Positions 47,944-59,901 of a stretch of 64,000 nucleotides of DNA are shown piece after piece; the first letter of the stretch is position 1; every line of letters starts with the position of its first letter. This DNA is from Balamuthia mandrillaris. Lineage: Eukaryota. The stretch spans positions 1 to 64,000 of the forward strand of contig JAVKOQ020000020.1 of the NCBI GenBank assembly GCA_031835245.2, written 5' to 3'. The notes under the pieces are model-generated. The model was not told where the DNA came from. It made no database searches and was given only the letters and a program-made list of their open reading frames with translations. A program made the translations under genes and the position numbers.

Positions 47944-49820
47944 TTAAGTTACACTTGTTTCCTTCTCTTCTGCGTCGTGTTCTGCTTCTCGTTGTGGAGA
48001 GAAAGAAGAAGAAAGATGAAAAGGAGAAGGAGGGAGGTGTTGCACTTGGAAGGAGTGCATGAACGTGGTGTCAATCTTGTGCTTGAGGCGCCATGGCATG
48101 GTTCCCGTCCACGCAAATCCTTTCCAAGAGGCAATGGCCCTTCCATCCCCGGTCATCAGCAATGCCAAGAAGCCCTTTTGTGGCTCGTATTCTTTCAGCT
48201 CTTGGTTGCTATTCCAACAGTTGTTGGTGACTCCACAAGATGAGAAAAGGAGGAGAAGGAGAAGGGGAAGGAGGAGGAGGAGGAGAAAAGGAGAAAGGAG
48301 AAAGGAGAAAGGAGAAAGGAGAAAGGAGAAAGGAGAAAGGAGAAAGGAGAAAGGAGAAGGGGAAGGAGAAAGGAGAAAGGAGAAGGTGGGAGGAGAACAA
48401 CAACAAAAATAGAGAAGGAAGCAAACCGTAAATAACGAATGATATTCTCAGCTAGGATGGGGCCTTCCCGGACCGCATAAACGCCGGCTTTTGCCACCCA
48501 CTCATACCCATCGATACTGCAGCAATCACCCGCCGCGAAGACGTTCCCTTTCGGCATGCCCACTAAGGCTTGCAGCGTCTTCTTCACTCTCAAAAATCCT
48601 CTATCATCCGTCCATCTTTCTTTCTTTTCTCCCTCGCCTGCTGTCTGCTTTTCTTTGCCACCTTTCGCTTCTTCATTCCTTTTGTCAAGCTTAGAGAAGA
48701 GAGAAGAAGGAGCAGCTCCAGTGGCCCAAACCAAGAGATCGAAAGGAGGGCTCGTTCCATCGGAAAGGTGGATCGTTTTGGAGGGAGAGGGAAGCACGGC
48801 CGTCACTTCAACAGCCATTAGGCAACGAATACCTCTGCGGTGCATCTCGGCGGTAACTGCTTTGCTAACACGCTCTCCCATTTCGTGTTGCAATAATGCT
48901 GCTTTGTTGTCAATAAGCGTTACGTTGATCTTTCGTTTTATGCTGCCTCCTCCCTTCATGTCATTTTGTAGTTGCTTCTTTTGAAAGCGAGCCTTTAATG
49001 ATCACGGTCAGGTTAGAAAGCCAACGTAGAAACAAAGGAGAAGAAAAGAATGAAGCGGGGAGAAGGAAAATAAGGAAGAAGGACGAAGGACAAAGGACGA
49101 ATGAAGAAAGAAGAATGCAGACGAACCTGCAAGGCCCAAGCGAGTTCAACGCCAGCAGCGCCACCGCCCACAATGACCACCTCATCCTTAATACCATCAT
49201 TGTTACGCTGTTGTTGTTGTCTCTGTTGCTCCCATCGTTCTACCTTATTCAATAGCTTTCCTATTGGACGTGTCGCGATGATCGCATGTTCTCCTTCTCC
49301 TTCTTTTTCTTCTTGTCCTTGGTGCAGAAAGGGCAGTTCTCTGGTTTGAGAACCAATGTTTAATGCCAACACGTCGTACTCCATCCAAAAGTACCGATAA
49401 AACTGCCTTTTGTTGGTTCTCTTCCAGTTGTTTTTTCGTTCATCTGCTTCTGCTTCTGCTTCTGCTTCTGCTTCTGCTTCTGCTTCTGCTTCTGCTTCTG
49501 CTTCTGCTTCTGCTTCTGCTTCTGCTTCTGCTTCTGCTTCTGCTTCTGCTTCTGCTTCTGCTTCTGCTTCTGCTTCTGCTTCTGCTTCTGCTTCTGCTTC
49601 CTTCAGGTCGTTTGAAGAAGACGAAGAAGAAGAAGAACAAGAAGATGAAACGGGTGCACGTTTTCGTTGACGACAGAGAACGCGAGAGCGAGGAGCGTCC
49701 ACGCGAACGACCTCCGCACGAACGAACCGAGCGCCACACCACTCACACAACGGCTGCAGCTCGATCTGTATATCTTTGTTTGTTTGTTTATGGTTGTCTC
49801 GTCAGTAACGAAACAGAAAA

Positions 49821-49851
<31 letters not shown>

Positions 49852-50273
49852 TGAGAGAGAAAGAGAGATTAGATGGAGGAGAGAGATGAGCGAGAGAGAG
49901 AGAGAGAACAGTGGAGAGCAAGAGAAAGAAAGGGACTCTGGAGAGAGAGAGAGAGAGAGAGAGAGCACAGTGGAGAAGAGAGCAAGAGAAAGAAAGGGGC
50001 CCTGGAGAGCGTGAGAGAAGGGAAGAGAAAGCTAGGGAGAGAAAGGGCGGGCCAACCTTGACTGGAATAAAGGCCGGCGATGCAGCCAGGGAGCATGCCA
50101 GAGTAGAACGAGGCCTTGCGGTCCGAAATCAAAGTCACGCGAAATGGCGGGCTCGCCGCCTCTCGCCCTCCCTCCTCTCGCAGCTGCTGCGCCATCAACA
50201 GCTTCAGCACTTGCACGTTGGCATGGCCTCCGCCCACCAACACCACCTCCCTCGTCCGCTTTGTAGGTTTCAT
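47944..50273 (-). CDS. FAD-dependent pyridine nucleotide-disulfide oxidoreductase of the type found N-terminal to SelD; stand-alone
   Basis: VVLVGGGHAN, YSGMLPG, YDVLALNIGS, IVGGGAAGVEL, FAAGDC, KAGVYAVREGP, WRLKHKID..FM; multi-exon. Confidence 0.85.
49444..49600 (-). repeat. (GAAGCA)n hexamer repeat encoding an in-frame poly-(EA) tract
   Basis: Lies inside ORF 49013-49750 between conserved blocks. Confidence 0.9.
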
Positions 50274-50363
50274 CTCTTTTTGATTTTTAATCGAAAGAAG
50301 AAATTAAAATATAGAAAAAAGTAATAAAAAGAAGAAAAAAAAAGAAGAAGAGGAGGAGGAGGG

Positions 50364-50533
50364 ATGGAGGAGAACCTGGAGTTGGAAGGGTACCTCTACA
50401 AGACCGGGCGAAAGAACCTTGCTTCCCATTACCACCACCACCACCACCCACCGCCGCCACCGCCACCGCACAAGGATGAGAAAGCAAAGGGAGGGGCGGC
50501 CGCCGTACCGTACCCCTCCTCCTCCTCCTCCTC

Positions 50534-50570
<37 letters not shown>

Positions 50571-50942
50571 GAGGAACGTGCTGACGAGGAAGACGAAGAC
50601 GTCCCCGACGAGGACGGGGAAGGACAACCCCAACAAGAAAAAGAAAAGGAAACACAGCCTCGACGACGCAAGTCGAGGGAGCTTCCTCCCAAAGAGACGC
50701 CGAGGAGACCGCCGCTGCAGCAGCAAAAAAGGCAGCCCTCCCACTCCAACCTGAGGATGTTGGTGCAGAGGAAGAGGGCGGCCCTCCGGCAGCGCCTCTG
50801 GCAGCGGCGTTGGTTCGCCCAGCTCGGCACCCGCCTCTTCTACTACAAGGAGGAGGAGGTGGACCCCACCGCTGCCTTGGGCTGCGTGGACCTCTTGCAA
50901 GTGACCGCTCTCTCCATCTCTCCCTCCTCTTCGTCTTCTCTT

Positions 50943-50974
<32 letters not shown>

Positions 50975-51983
50975 CTCTTCTTCTCTTTCTTCTCTTTCTT
51001 CGTCTCCCGTCGTGTCTTTTAGAGAAGAAGAGAGAGAGAGCGAAGAAGAGGAGGAGAGAAGGAAGAGAGGAGGCAGAGGACGCAAAGGGTTTGGCTTTCA
51101 GGTGCACACGCCGAGTAGAGTGTGGGAGCTCTCCGCGGAGACAGAGGAGGAGCTGCGGTACTGGGTCACAGGGATACTTCGTGTGTGCGCTCGTTTCCAA
51201 CGACAACATTCCGTTTCTTCTTCTTCTTCCTCTTCCTCCGTTTCCTCTTCGTTAACCTTTGCAAGCGGACTTCGGCCGTTGAAACTGAGAACGAAGGAAG
51301 CGTTGGCTGCTTCGCGACAATGCTCTTTGGCTTGCTCTTCATCCTCTTTGTTGTTTGCCTCGTTGGCGTCCTCAGCTTCTTCCTCATCCTCCTCCTCTCC
51401 GGCTTCGTTCACTCTGTCCTTCAAGGAAGACAAGAACAACAGAAGCAACAACGAGAAGTTCTTTCATAGCGTGGAAATGTATATAAAGAAGGAGGCGGCG
51501 GAGGAAGAAGAACGAGCAAAAGAAGAAGCACACCGGAAGAAACAGGCGAAGAAAAAACGAAAAAACGGGAAAGAAGAACGAACAACTACCACAAGCAGCA
51601 AAAGCAAAAAACAATTGGAAGAACGACTTCGAAGGAAAGAAGAAGAAATGGAGGTGACACGCTTGGAATTGGCTCAAACGTTGCAGATCGTGAAGCTGAA
51701 GGACCACCAGGTGGAACTTCACTCGAGGCGAGCGGATGAAGTGGAGAGGAGCAATCGCGAGCTGCTGCAACGAGTGGAGCGGTTGGAGAGGGAGAAGGAA
51801 GAGTGGAGAGAGAAGGAGAGGAGAATGGAAGAGCTGGTGATGAACATGATGAAGAACAGCAAGAAGAAAGTGAAGACGAACGGAGATGGTGGTGAATCTC
51901 CTTTGGAATGGTCTGTTGGGTTGTTAACGGCGATGGCTGACCAGAAGAAAGAAGAAAAAGAGGAGCGGAAAACGAATGGATGA
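50364..51983 (+). CDS. PH domain (split by low-complexity inserts) + coiled-coil protein
   Basis: LEGYLYKTG...WQRRWF...LFYYK...LGCVDL...FQVHTPSRVWELSAETEEELRYWV. Confidence 0.85.
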
Positions 51984-52424
51984 AGGTGAACAAATGAAAA
52001 AGCAGAAGCGCAAGCACAAAAACACAAATGAAGCAGTGCTCATCCTAAAAGAGCTCTTTGACCTTATAATCTTCCAACCGTCCATGACCTGGAGCGTATC
52101 GTCTGCGCTCGTTCAGCTGATACGCTCGCGCTGTGCGTCGCCACGAGAGAGAGACATGAATGTCTACAAAAAACAACCGAGTGGTAAAAAAATAAAATGC
52201 TGGGAGTGGGAGTCGAACAGCGAGCGAGGAACCGCACAACAAAAAAAGTAATTGTGAGGAGTGGGATTCGAACGGAGGGAACATATAAAAGCAAAGAAAA
52301 AAAGGAGAAGAAAGAAGAGAGACGATTTTGTGAATCTGTTTTCGTTTGTGGGCAAAGGGGAAAAACGAGGAAGAAGAGAAGGTAGAGGAAGAAGAAGAAG
52401 AAGAGCAAGAGGAAGAAGAAGAAG

Positions 52425-55400
52425 ATGCGAGATCTGTTTTTGTTGCGGCAATTGAGCGCCGACCTGTTCAAGAAAGGAGAGGGGCGCTCGTCCGGCCTTT
52501 CGTACCAGGGTGACGCCTTGGACAAAGTGGCGGTGGACCCGTTCTTGGGCACCGTCTACGTGCTCACCGAAGCCAAGAAGCTGCTTGCCCTTAATCCAAT
52601 GCTGAACGAAGTAATGACATTGCCTAACTTTACCCCATTTCACCCTTACAAGAGAGAGGGCTAACCCATCTTTCGTGATAGCTCACAATGGAGCAAGACC
52701 TGAGCGAAGTCATTCCTGCGGAGGGCTTTGTGGTTGGCTGCCTCTTTGTACCTGACCTCAATGCCGTGTGCATCGCCATCGCTGCTGGTGACCTCATTGT
52801 ATTCGACGTAGAACAGCAAACGGTAACTTCTCTCTCTCTCTCTCTCTCTCTCGCTATCTTGTCCTCTCTTCTCTGGCTATCTTCTCTTCTCTTTGGCGTT
52901 CTCTCTTCTCAACAGCAAATAATAAAAGGCGGAGTGCGTCGGTTTCGTGGACTCTGAGATTCGTTGCATGTCATGGAGCCCTGACTATGAAGTGATGGTG
53001 CTGGTCACAGGCAACAACACGCTCGTCGCCATGACTCAAGAGTGGGACATCTTGGTCGAAGTCCCCATCGAGGAGGAGGACAAACCAGAGGCAGAGGGAG
53101 AAGCAAAGGCTGAGGCCTCCGAACTGGAGGCTTCCTCTTTGCCTGTAATCAGTTGGAGAGGAGATGGCCAATATTTTGTGTTGAACTGTCAAGACAGTGA
53201 TGGTTTGTTTTTTTTTTGTTTTGTTTTAGTGCTACGCACCCTTGTGCTGATGGACACAATCTTTTTGTTATTAAAAAAAAATAGGTGTTCGTCGATTGCG
53301 GGTGTGGACGCGAGCTTTGGTGTTGGACTCAGTTAGCGAGGCTACTCCCAAACTTGAAAATCTCGTTTCGTGGCGGTAGGATTGTTCGTTGTTTGATGTT
53401 ATTTGCTCTTGGCTTCTCACCTCTGTTTGTATATTTGCAAACTCGTTTTTTTTTGTTTTGTGTTTGTTTTGTTTTCTACTGTTCTTGTACAACAGACCCA
53501 GTGGCAGCAGCATTGCTAGCTCCCAACAAAAGCCAAACAAGCATGACATTGTCTTCTTTGAGCGCAATGGCTTACGTCTTGACCGCATGGACTTTACTCT
53601 TCGGGATGACGCGGAGGTTATCTCCATGAACTGGAACGAGGCATCCGAGCTTCTTGCTCTTGCCCTTAAGCTCAAATCATCTAGCGAGGATAAGGTAGTT
53701 TTATTCATTACTGTCTCAATCTCTTTTATTATTTGTTGTTTGATTGGTTATCGTTTTATGATGTCGTTTTGTGTTTTGTGTTCTTTGTTTTGGTTATTCA
53801 CTCCCTTAAATTACTGTACAATACAGCGTTCCTCAGGTACCGTTTTACAATTATGGCATATGAACAACTATCATTGGTACCTGAAACAAGAGATCCTTTA
53901 TCATGATTGGGAGCTTGCCCACTGTTTCTGGGACCCAGAGAACGCCATGCTTCTCAATGTCGTCTGTCGCAACGGCCTTTTCTTCCAATATAGGTTTTGT
54001 TGGGACGTACATTGCAGCCTTGGCAATCATGCTGCCAACCAATCCATTGTTGCTGTCACTGATGGCCGTATCCTTTTTTTTTCTCCAATTTGTGGCAATT
54101 GTGTTTTTATTGTTTTTTTTGATGTTGTTATTCGTTCTGTGTCTATTGTCATATGACCCACTGTTGATTTTCTTTGACCTCTCTCTCTCTCTCTCTCTCT
54201 CTCCATCTTTACCTCTTTTTCTTCTATGCTTTCAGATACACTGAAGCTAACACCCTTCAATAAGATGGTCGTACCGCCTCCGATGCACGCCACCAGCTTA
54301 GAGCTAGCTGCCAACATTCGTGACGTCTCATTTGCACCGAACAGCTATGAGATGGCCATCCTTCTTACCACCTCAACTCTCTTCTTTTGCCGTTCAACGG
54401 CTAATTTAGTGCCACCCTTCGAACATCCACCTGAAATAGTTGCCTTTCTTTCCTTACGTTCCAGTATCAACAAAGCAGAGCAAGACAAAGAACGAGAAGG
54501 AGAACAAGAAGACACCAAGCTTACCACCAGCTATCGGCATCTTACTTACTTGAGGAAAGACGTTGTTTTGGTGGTAGAGAATACGATCGACAAGAGACAA
54601 GAACGGTTGATGGAGCTGAAGTTTAGCATTCCTGAAGGAGACGAGGTAAACGGTGCCTGTAAAGAGGTCACTGTGGTTAACGCGCGTTTTACGGATGTGG
54701 AAGACAGCGTACTTCGAATCTTTCACAACAAAGATACCGACTCTGTCTTTGTGGAATTGGCAGATGGCTCTGTTTTGCGCTATTCTCACTCTGCTGATGC
54801 TGCGAAGGAAGAGAATGTTCTTCAGCCTCATGTTCAATTTCACCTCAGTGACAAAGTTCCTACAACGTGTCCGTGGTTATCTTCTGCTATCGTTGCTGGA
54901 AAGGTATCTCTCTCTCTCTCTCTCTCTCTCTTTGTCGCTATTGCATCTTTGCAGGAACTAACTCGGCGTCACCCTTTTTTTTTCATATTACAGGAAGCCG
55001 TGATTGGCCTGAGCGAACGTTCCAAGCTATATATCGATCAACAATTGGTCTCTTCGGAGTGCAACTCTTTTGCAATGCACTCTAAATATCTCCTCTATAC
55101 AACGCTTGGCCACCGGCTTTGCTTCCTTCGTCTCTCTTTGCCATTCTCGGAGAGCAGTGTTCCTTCCTCTTCTGTTGGTGCCACCCATCAATATGACGAC
55201 ACCAGGCGAGAGGTGGAACGAGGTTCTCGTCTTGTGTGTGTCGTTCCTCTTGGCATTCGAGTCATTCTTCAGGTCTTTATTCCTTTCTCTTCTCTTTCAC
55301 TCGTTTTCACATGTTTAACTTATAAGAACCCTAGATGCCACGCGGAAACTTAGAAGAAGTAAACCCACGATTGTTGTTGCTGGCGATCATCACCCAGCTT

Positions 55401-55508
55401 TTGGATAATCAGGAATGGCAAGCTGCATTTGTGTTGATGCGTAAGCATCGAATTGACCTTAACCTGATGTATGATCACAATCCTGCTGTTTTTCTGGCGG
55501 TATGCTTT

Positions 55509-55543
<35 letters not shown>

Positions 55544-58190
55544 CTCGCTAAATGTTGTGATGGGAATCTTTATTGCATGCAGCACGCCGAAGACTTCATT
55601 CAGCAAATTCAAAGAATAAGTTTCTTGAATCTTTTCGTGTCTTGTCTTCGGTACCTTCCCCTTGTCTCTTTTCGTTTGTTTGTGACATTATTCTCTCTTA
55701 CCGTTTCTATTTTGTAGTGAGGAAGATACTACTAAAACGCTATTCCGCTCGGAATATCAACAAAGAGGACAAGAACGTCTACTCTCTTTGGACGAAGGGC
55801 GAAGTAAACTAGAACATAGTGAAGGAGCTGACTCGTCTTCTCGTCCCATTACAGAGAATCAAAGCAAAGTCAACCTCGTGTGCGATACTCTGAGGGAAGC
55901 GTTCAACAAGCTTGATTCTAAACGATATCTGCTGCCCATCGTGACAACTTACGTGCGAAAGCAGCCGTCACAGTTGGAAGAAGCCCTTCTTCTCATTCGT
56001 AAACTTAGAGGTATAGTTTTTATCTACAGGCAACAGCCAGAAAGAGAAGAGAATAATGAACGTTCACACATTTTTTTCACGAAAACAGATGAACAACCTG
56101 TCCAAGTTTTGGATCCATTCGGCGAGCAAGAAAAAGTGCAAAGAAGTGGACCCACTGCAGAAAGCGCCCTTAAATATCTTATTTGCCTTGTTAACGTAAA
56201 CCAGCTTTACGATGTGGCTCTTGGCACCTACGACTTTGAGCTAACAATCATGGTTGCCCAGCAATCGCAAAAGGTTTGTCTACTCCTTGCCCTCTCTTTT
56301 GTTGCGCTTGTATTGTTGTCCACTAACAAGAAGTATTGTTTAATTGGTGGGATGGAACAGGACCCCAAAGAATACGTGCCTTTCCTCGAAAGATTGAAGC
56401 AACTGAATATCTACGAGCAACGCTACGAGATTGACAAGCACCTCGGCCGCCACTTGAGCTCTCTGCGCAACTTGTCTCAAGCTGGCGAGCAACACTTTGC
56501 AACCTGCTTGGAAGTCGTCCAACAGCACTCCCTCTACAAGGAGGCATTGCAAATCTTCTCAAGTAAAGACCACAGCAAGAGCAAGTTGGACAAAGTGAAA
56601 GAGATCTATGCGAATTACCTGTTGAAGAACGACCAAGCCAATCAAGCTGGTCTTCTCTTCAGTCAAATTGGAGAGTTGGAGAAGGCGGCTAATGCGTTCA
56701 AGACGGCAGCGAACTGGCGGCTGCTCTTTGCAACGTGTGTCTCGTTGAACTACTCGCAGGAGGAGACGCAGAGCCTCGCCTACGAGGTAGCTGAGCTGCT
56801 GACTAATTTGGCTCGCTACGCCGAGGCTGCCGCAGTTCTTGAGCGTTATGCTGAGGGTTTCTCTCTCTCTCTCTCTCCCCTCTCTCTCTCTCTCTCTCTC
56901 TCTCCCTCTCTCCCTCTCTCCCTCTCTCCCTCTCTCTCTCCCTCTCTCTCCCTCTCTCCCTCTCTCTCTCCCCTCTCTCCCTCTCTCCTCTCTCCTCTCT
57001 CCCTCTCTCCCTCTCTCCCTCTCCCTCTCTCTCTCTCCCTCTTCCCTCTCTCCCTCTCTCTCTCTCCTCTCCCTCTCTCCCTCTCTCCCTCTCTCCCTCT
57101 CTCCCTCTCCCTCTCTTGTTCTTTATCGTTTTAATTAGTCTTTGTTTATCTTTTGCGTTCACACAAAAAACTTACCCTCAAGCTGTCAACAGATCCAGAG
57201 GAATCGCTGGTGACTTTGCTGCTTGGACGCCACTTCCAGGAAGCTCTGCGTTTAGCTCACTTCCACTCTCGAACGGACCTTATCCCAACGCACGTGCAAC
57301 CCTCCGTGCAAGAGACCTACAAGTTCTTTGTGAGGAAGGTTACTAAAAGGCAGCAAAAGTTTGTCAGGTACGCCGATCGTCTCGTTGTGGTCCGTCAACA
57401 AAAGCTTCGTTTGAGGGAAGAGTTGGAGCAGAACATGGGAGGTGGCGGTGGCGGTGGCGTGCGTTCTGAGTATGGCGACTTTGGGTATGCAGTCAATTCT
57501 TCTCCTACTCTTCCTCCTATTAGTTATAACCAAAAACAACAAAAATAACAACGCATAGAGATAACCTGTTCGAGACTTCGAGCGAAGTGAGTCATACGTC
57601 CACCCAACAAAGCGACCGGAGCAGCGCCTACACATCGACCTACGCCAGCACGGTGGTGAGTGAGGGCGGCACCAAGCGCAGGAGCGGACGACAGAGGAGA
57701 AAGAAGGTCACCGGCAGAGAGGGAGGACCTCACGAGGAGGAATGGCTCGTTACAACCCTCTCGAATCTCATTCCCAGCGAAAAGTTTCAAGGTTTGCTTT
57801 TTTTTTTCTTTATTATCATTATTTTCAATGTTTTCGTTTGCTTATTTGTGTTTTGTGGATTGCACAGAGGAAGTGCATGAGACGTTGCAAATGTTGGTCT
57901 ACTTTGGGCAACTGGAGGAAGGCCAGGAGCTGCAAGGTCTGCTGTCCTCCTTCATCGACAGCGTTCGTTCGAGGCAGCAGCTCCTCTCCGAGAGCCAATG
58001 CCTCTTCCTGGAGGAACAACGCCTGCAGCAACGTCGTCTGGCTGCTGTGGCTTTGGCCAAGGCCGCCGCTGGCGCGGAGGAGAAGCAAAAGGAAAAGGAG
58101 GAGGAAGGTAACCAGGAGCAAGCATTGACTAACTACCAGCCTGCCAAACAGCTGAAGGAACTTGATTGGAAGCTCTCCATTTTGAGCTAA
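52425..58190 (+). CDS. ELP1: Elongator complex protein 1 (IKI3/IKBKAP), multi-exon
   Basis: [84 protein letters not shown]. Confidence 0.95.
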
Positions 58191-58217
58191 TGGAAATTCG
58201 TTTTTGTTCTTTTCACT

Positions 58218-58258
<41 letters not shown>

Positions 58259-58483
58259 CGTTTCGTCTTCGCGTGCTCTCCTCTCTCCTATCCTGGCTCG
58301 CGTCCTCACTCATATCCTATCTCCTATCCTCCATCCGGTGCTGTCTCTTGTCCTGTCTCCTCTCCCGTTGTCGCTCGTTAACAAAAGGTGCAGCAAAGGT
58401 GCCCAATGCCTGCCCAACCGCAACAAAGAGAAAATAGAAAGAAAAAAAAAAGGAAGGCGACCGTTGGGCAAAGTGAAACGATC

Positions 58484-59611
58484 ATGTCACACGAGTCCAA
58501 CTTTGAGGCTTGGTTCATCGACGGAGAAGCCACCGGAAGTGGACCAACCCATATCCATGACCAGCAACAACAACCGCTCCTTCAACAACAACAACAACAA
58601 CGGCAGGTGGCGCAACGGCTGGGTTTGCGTGAGTTGGGAGATGTGGAGGAAGCCATCCTTCGTGAGCGTGACGAAGAGATAGAGAGAGTGGCGCAGCAGT
58701 TGAATGCCGTTACGGACGTGGAACGTACCCTTGTCACTACCCTCCAGGAGCAAGCCGAGCAGCTACAGCCGGTGGAGGAGAGCCTCACCACAAGCCTAAC
58801 CGTCACCGAAGAAACAATCCTTGAACTCGTTAATGTTTGTTGTCGCTCTCTCTCTCTCTCTCTCCTTGCTTCTTCTTTTTCTTTCTTCTCAACCAAAAGT
58901 ACAAAAGGCGAGCCGGTTGCAAGCATCTCTGCACCCGAAGAGAGGGCTGTTGTTCGGGGCAGCAACTGGGGCAGTGGTAGGAACGGCAGTAGGCACGGCG
59001 GCCGGTTTGGCTGCGTTCGGCGTGGGGTCGGTCCCCGGTGGCATCGGAGGGGCTGCCGTTGGTGCTGTCGTGGGCACCGTTGTGGCGGGCACCGTTGGGG
59101 TCACTTCTGGTCGTGTCATTCAGTACAAGCTCAACCGACAACTTGGTTTGTTTTCATGTTTGGTTTCTTTGGTTTGTTTGTGTTCGTTCGTTCATTGACA
59201 CGTAAAATAGATAAAGAGGTGTTAACGCAAGTGTACGGCAAGGAATGGGTGCCTGACTCAGAGACAGTGTGCTGCATGCGGTGTGGCGCCAAGTTCACCA
59301 AGACTCGCAGGCGTCATCATTGTCGGTTCGTCTGTTCCTTTCTGTGTTTTCCTTTGCCTGTTACCCCTCTGCCCCCTTTCTCTTTCGTCGTGTCCGGTTC
59401 ACCGTTTCTCTTTCCTGCTTCTCTCTATTCTTGTGTGTTCTCTCCTCGCTTCCTATTATTTATTGAACACATGTTGACCGCTTTGTTTACCAGCCGCTGT
59501 GGGCAAGTGTTATGCAAAAAATGTTGCCATAGGAAGGAGGAACTCTTTGCGCGAGGAATGGAGCGCCCCATCAAGCAACGCGTTTGTGTGGACTGCGAAA
59601 CGAGAACATAA
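58484..59611 (+). CDS. Q-SNARE motif + glycine-zipper hydrophobic hairpin + C-terminal FYVE finger protein
   Basis: Introns 58835-58907, 59146-59210 and ~59326-59493 restore one frame; ERDEEIERV...LQEQAEQLQPVE; GxxxG-rich segment; WVPD...C..C...RRHHCRRCG...RVCVDC. Confidence 0.82.
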   Translation: MSHESNFEAWFIDGEATGSGPTHIHDQQQQPLLQQQQQQRQVAQRLGLRELGDVEEAILRERDEEIERVAQQLNAVTDVERTLVTTLQEQAEQLQPVEESLTTSLTVTEETILELVNVCCRSLSLSLLASSFSFFSTKSTKGEPVASISAPEERAVVRGSNWGSGRNGSRHGGRFGCVRRGVGPRWHRRGCRWCCRGHRCGGHRWGHFWSCHSVQAQPTTWFVFMFGFFGLFVFVRSLTRKIDKEVLTQVYGKEWVPDSETVCCMRCGAKFTKTRRRHHCRFVCSFLCFPLPVTPLPPFSFVVSGSPFLFPASLYSCVFSPRFLLFIEHMLTALFTSRCGQVLCKKCCHRKEELFARGMERPIKQRVCVDCETRT

Positions 59612-59901
59612 TGTGCACCGACGTGCACAACGGGGCACGAACAACAAGAAAAGAGCTGCAACATTGTTAACCAAAGGGGTACCCTTCCCCATTGCTCTCT
59701 TCTCTTCTCTCTGTTCTTCCCCCTGTGGGGGGGGGGGGCACTATCCAGGACGACACGAATGTAAATAAATGTAGACAACTAGGTGTCGACGTAAATATAA
59801 AAAAAGGAAATGCTCCCCGACGTTTTATCAAAGTACAATAGAAAGAACTGATACCTAAAAGAAATCTTTATCATCCCGAGGAAGAGGAGGAGAAGGGAGA
59901 T

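Noticed and set aside
47944..50273. Selenoprotein or SelD gene
   Set aside because: No SelD/AIRS domain and no in-frame TGA in conserved exons were seen.
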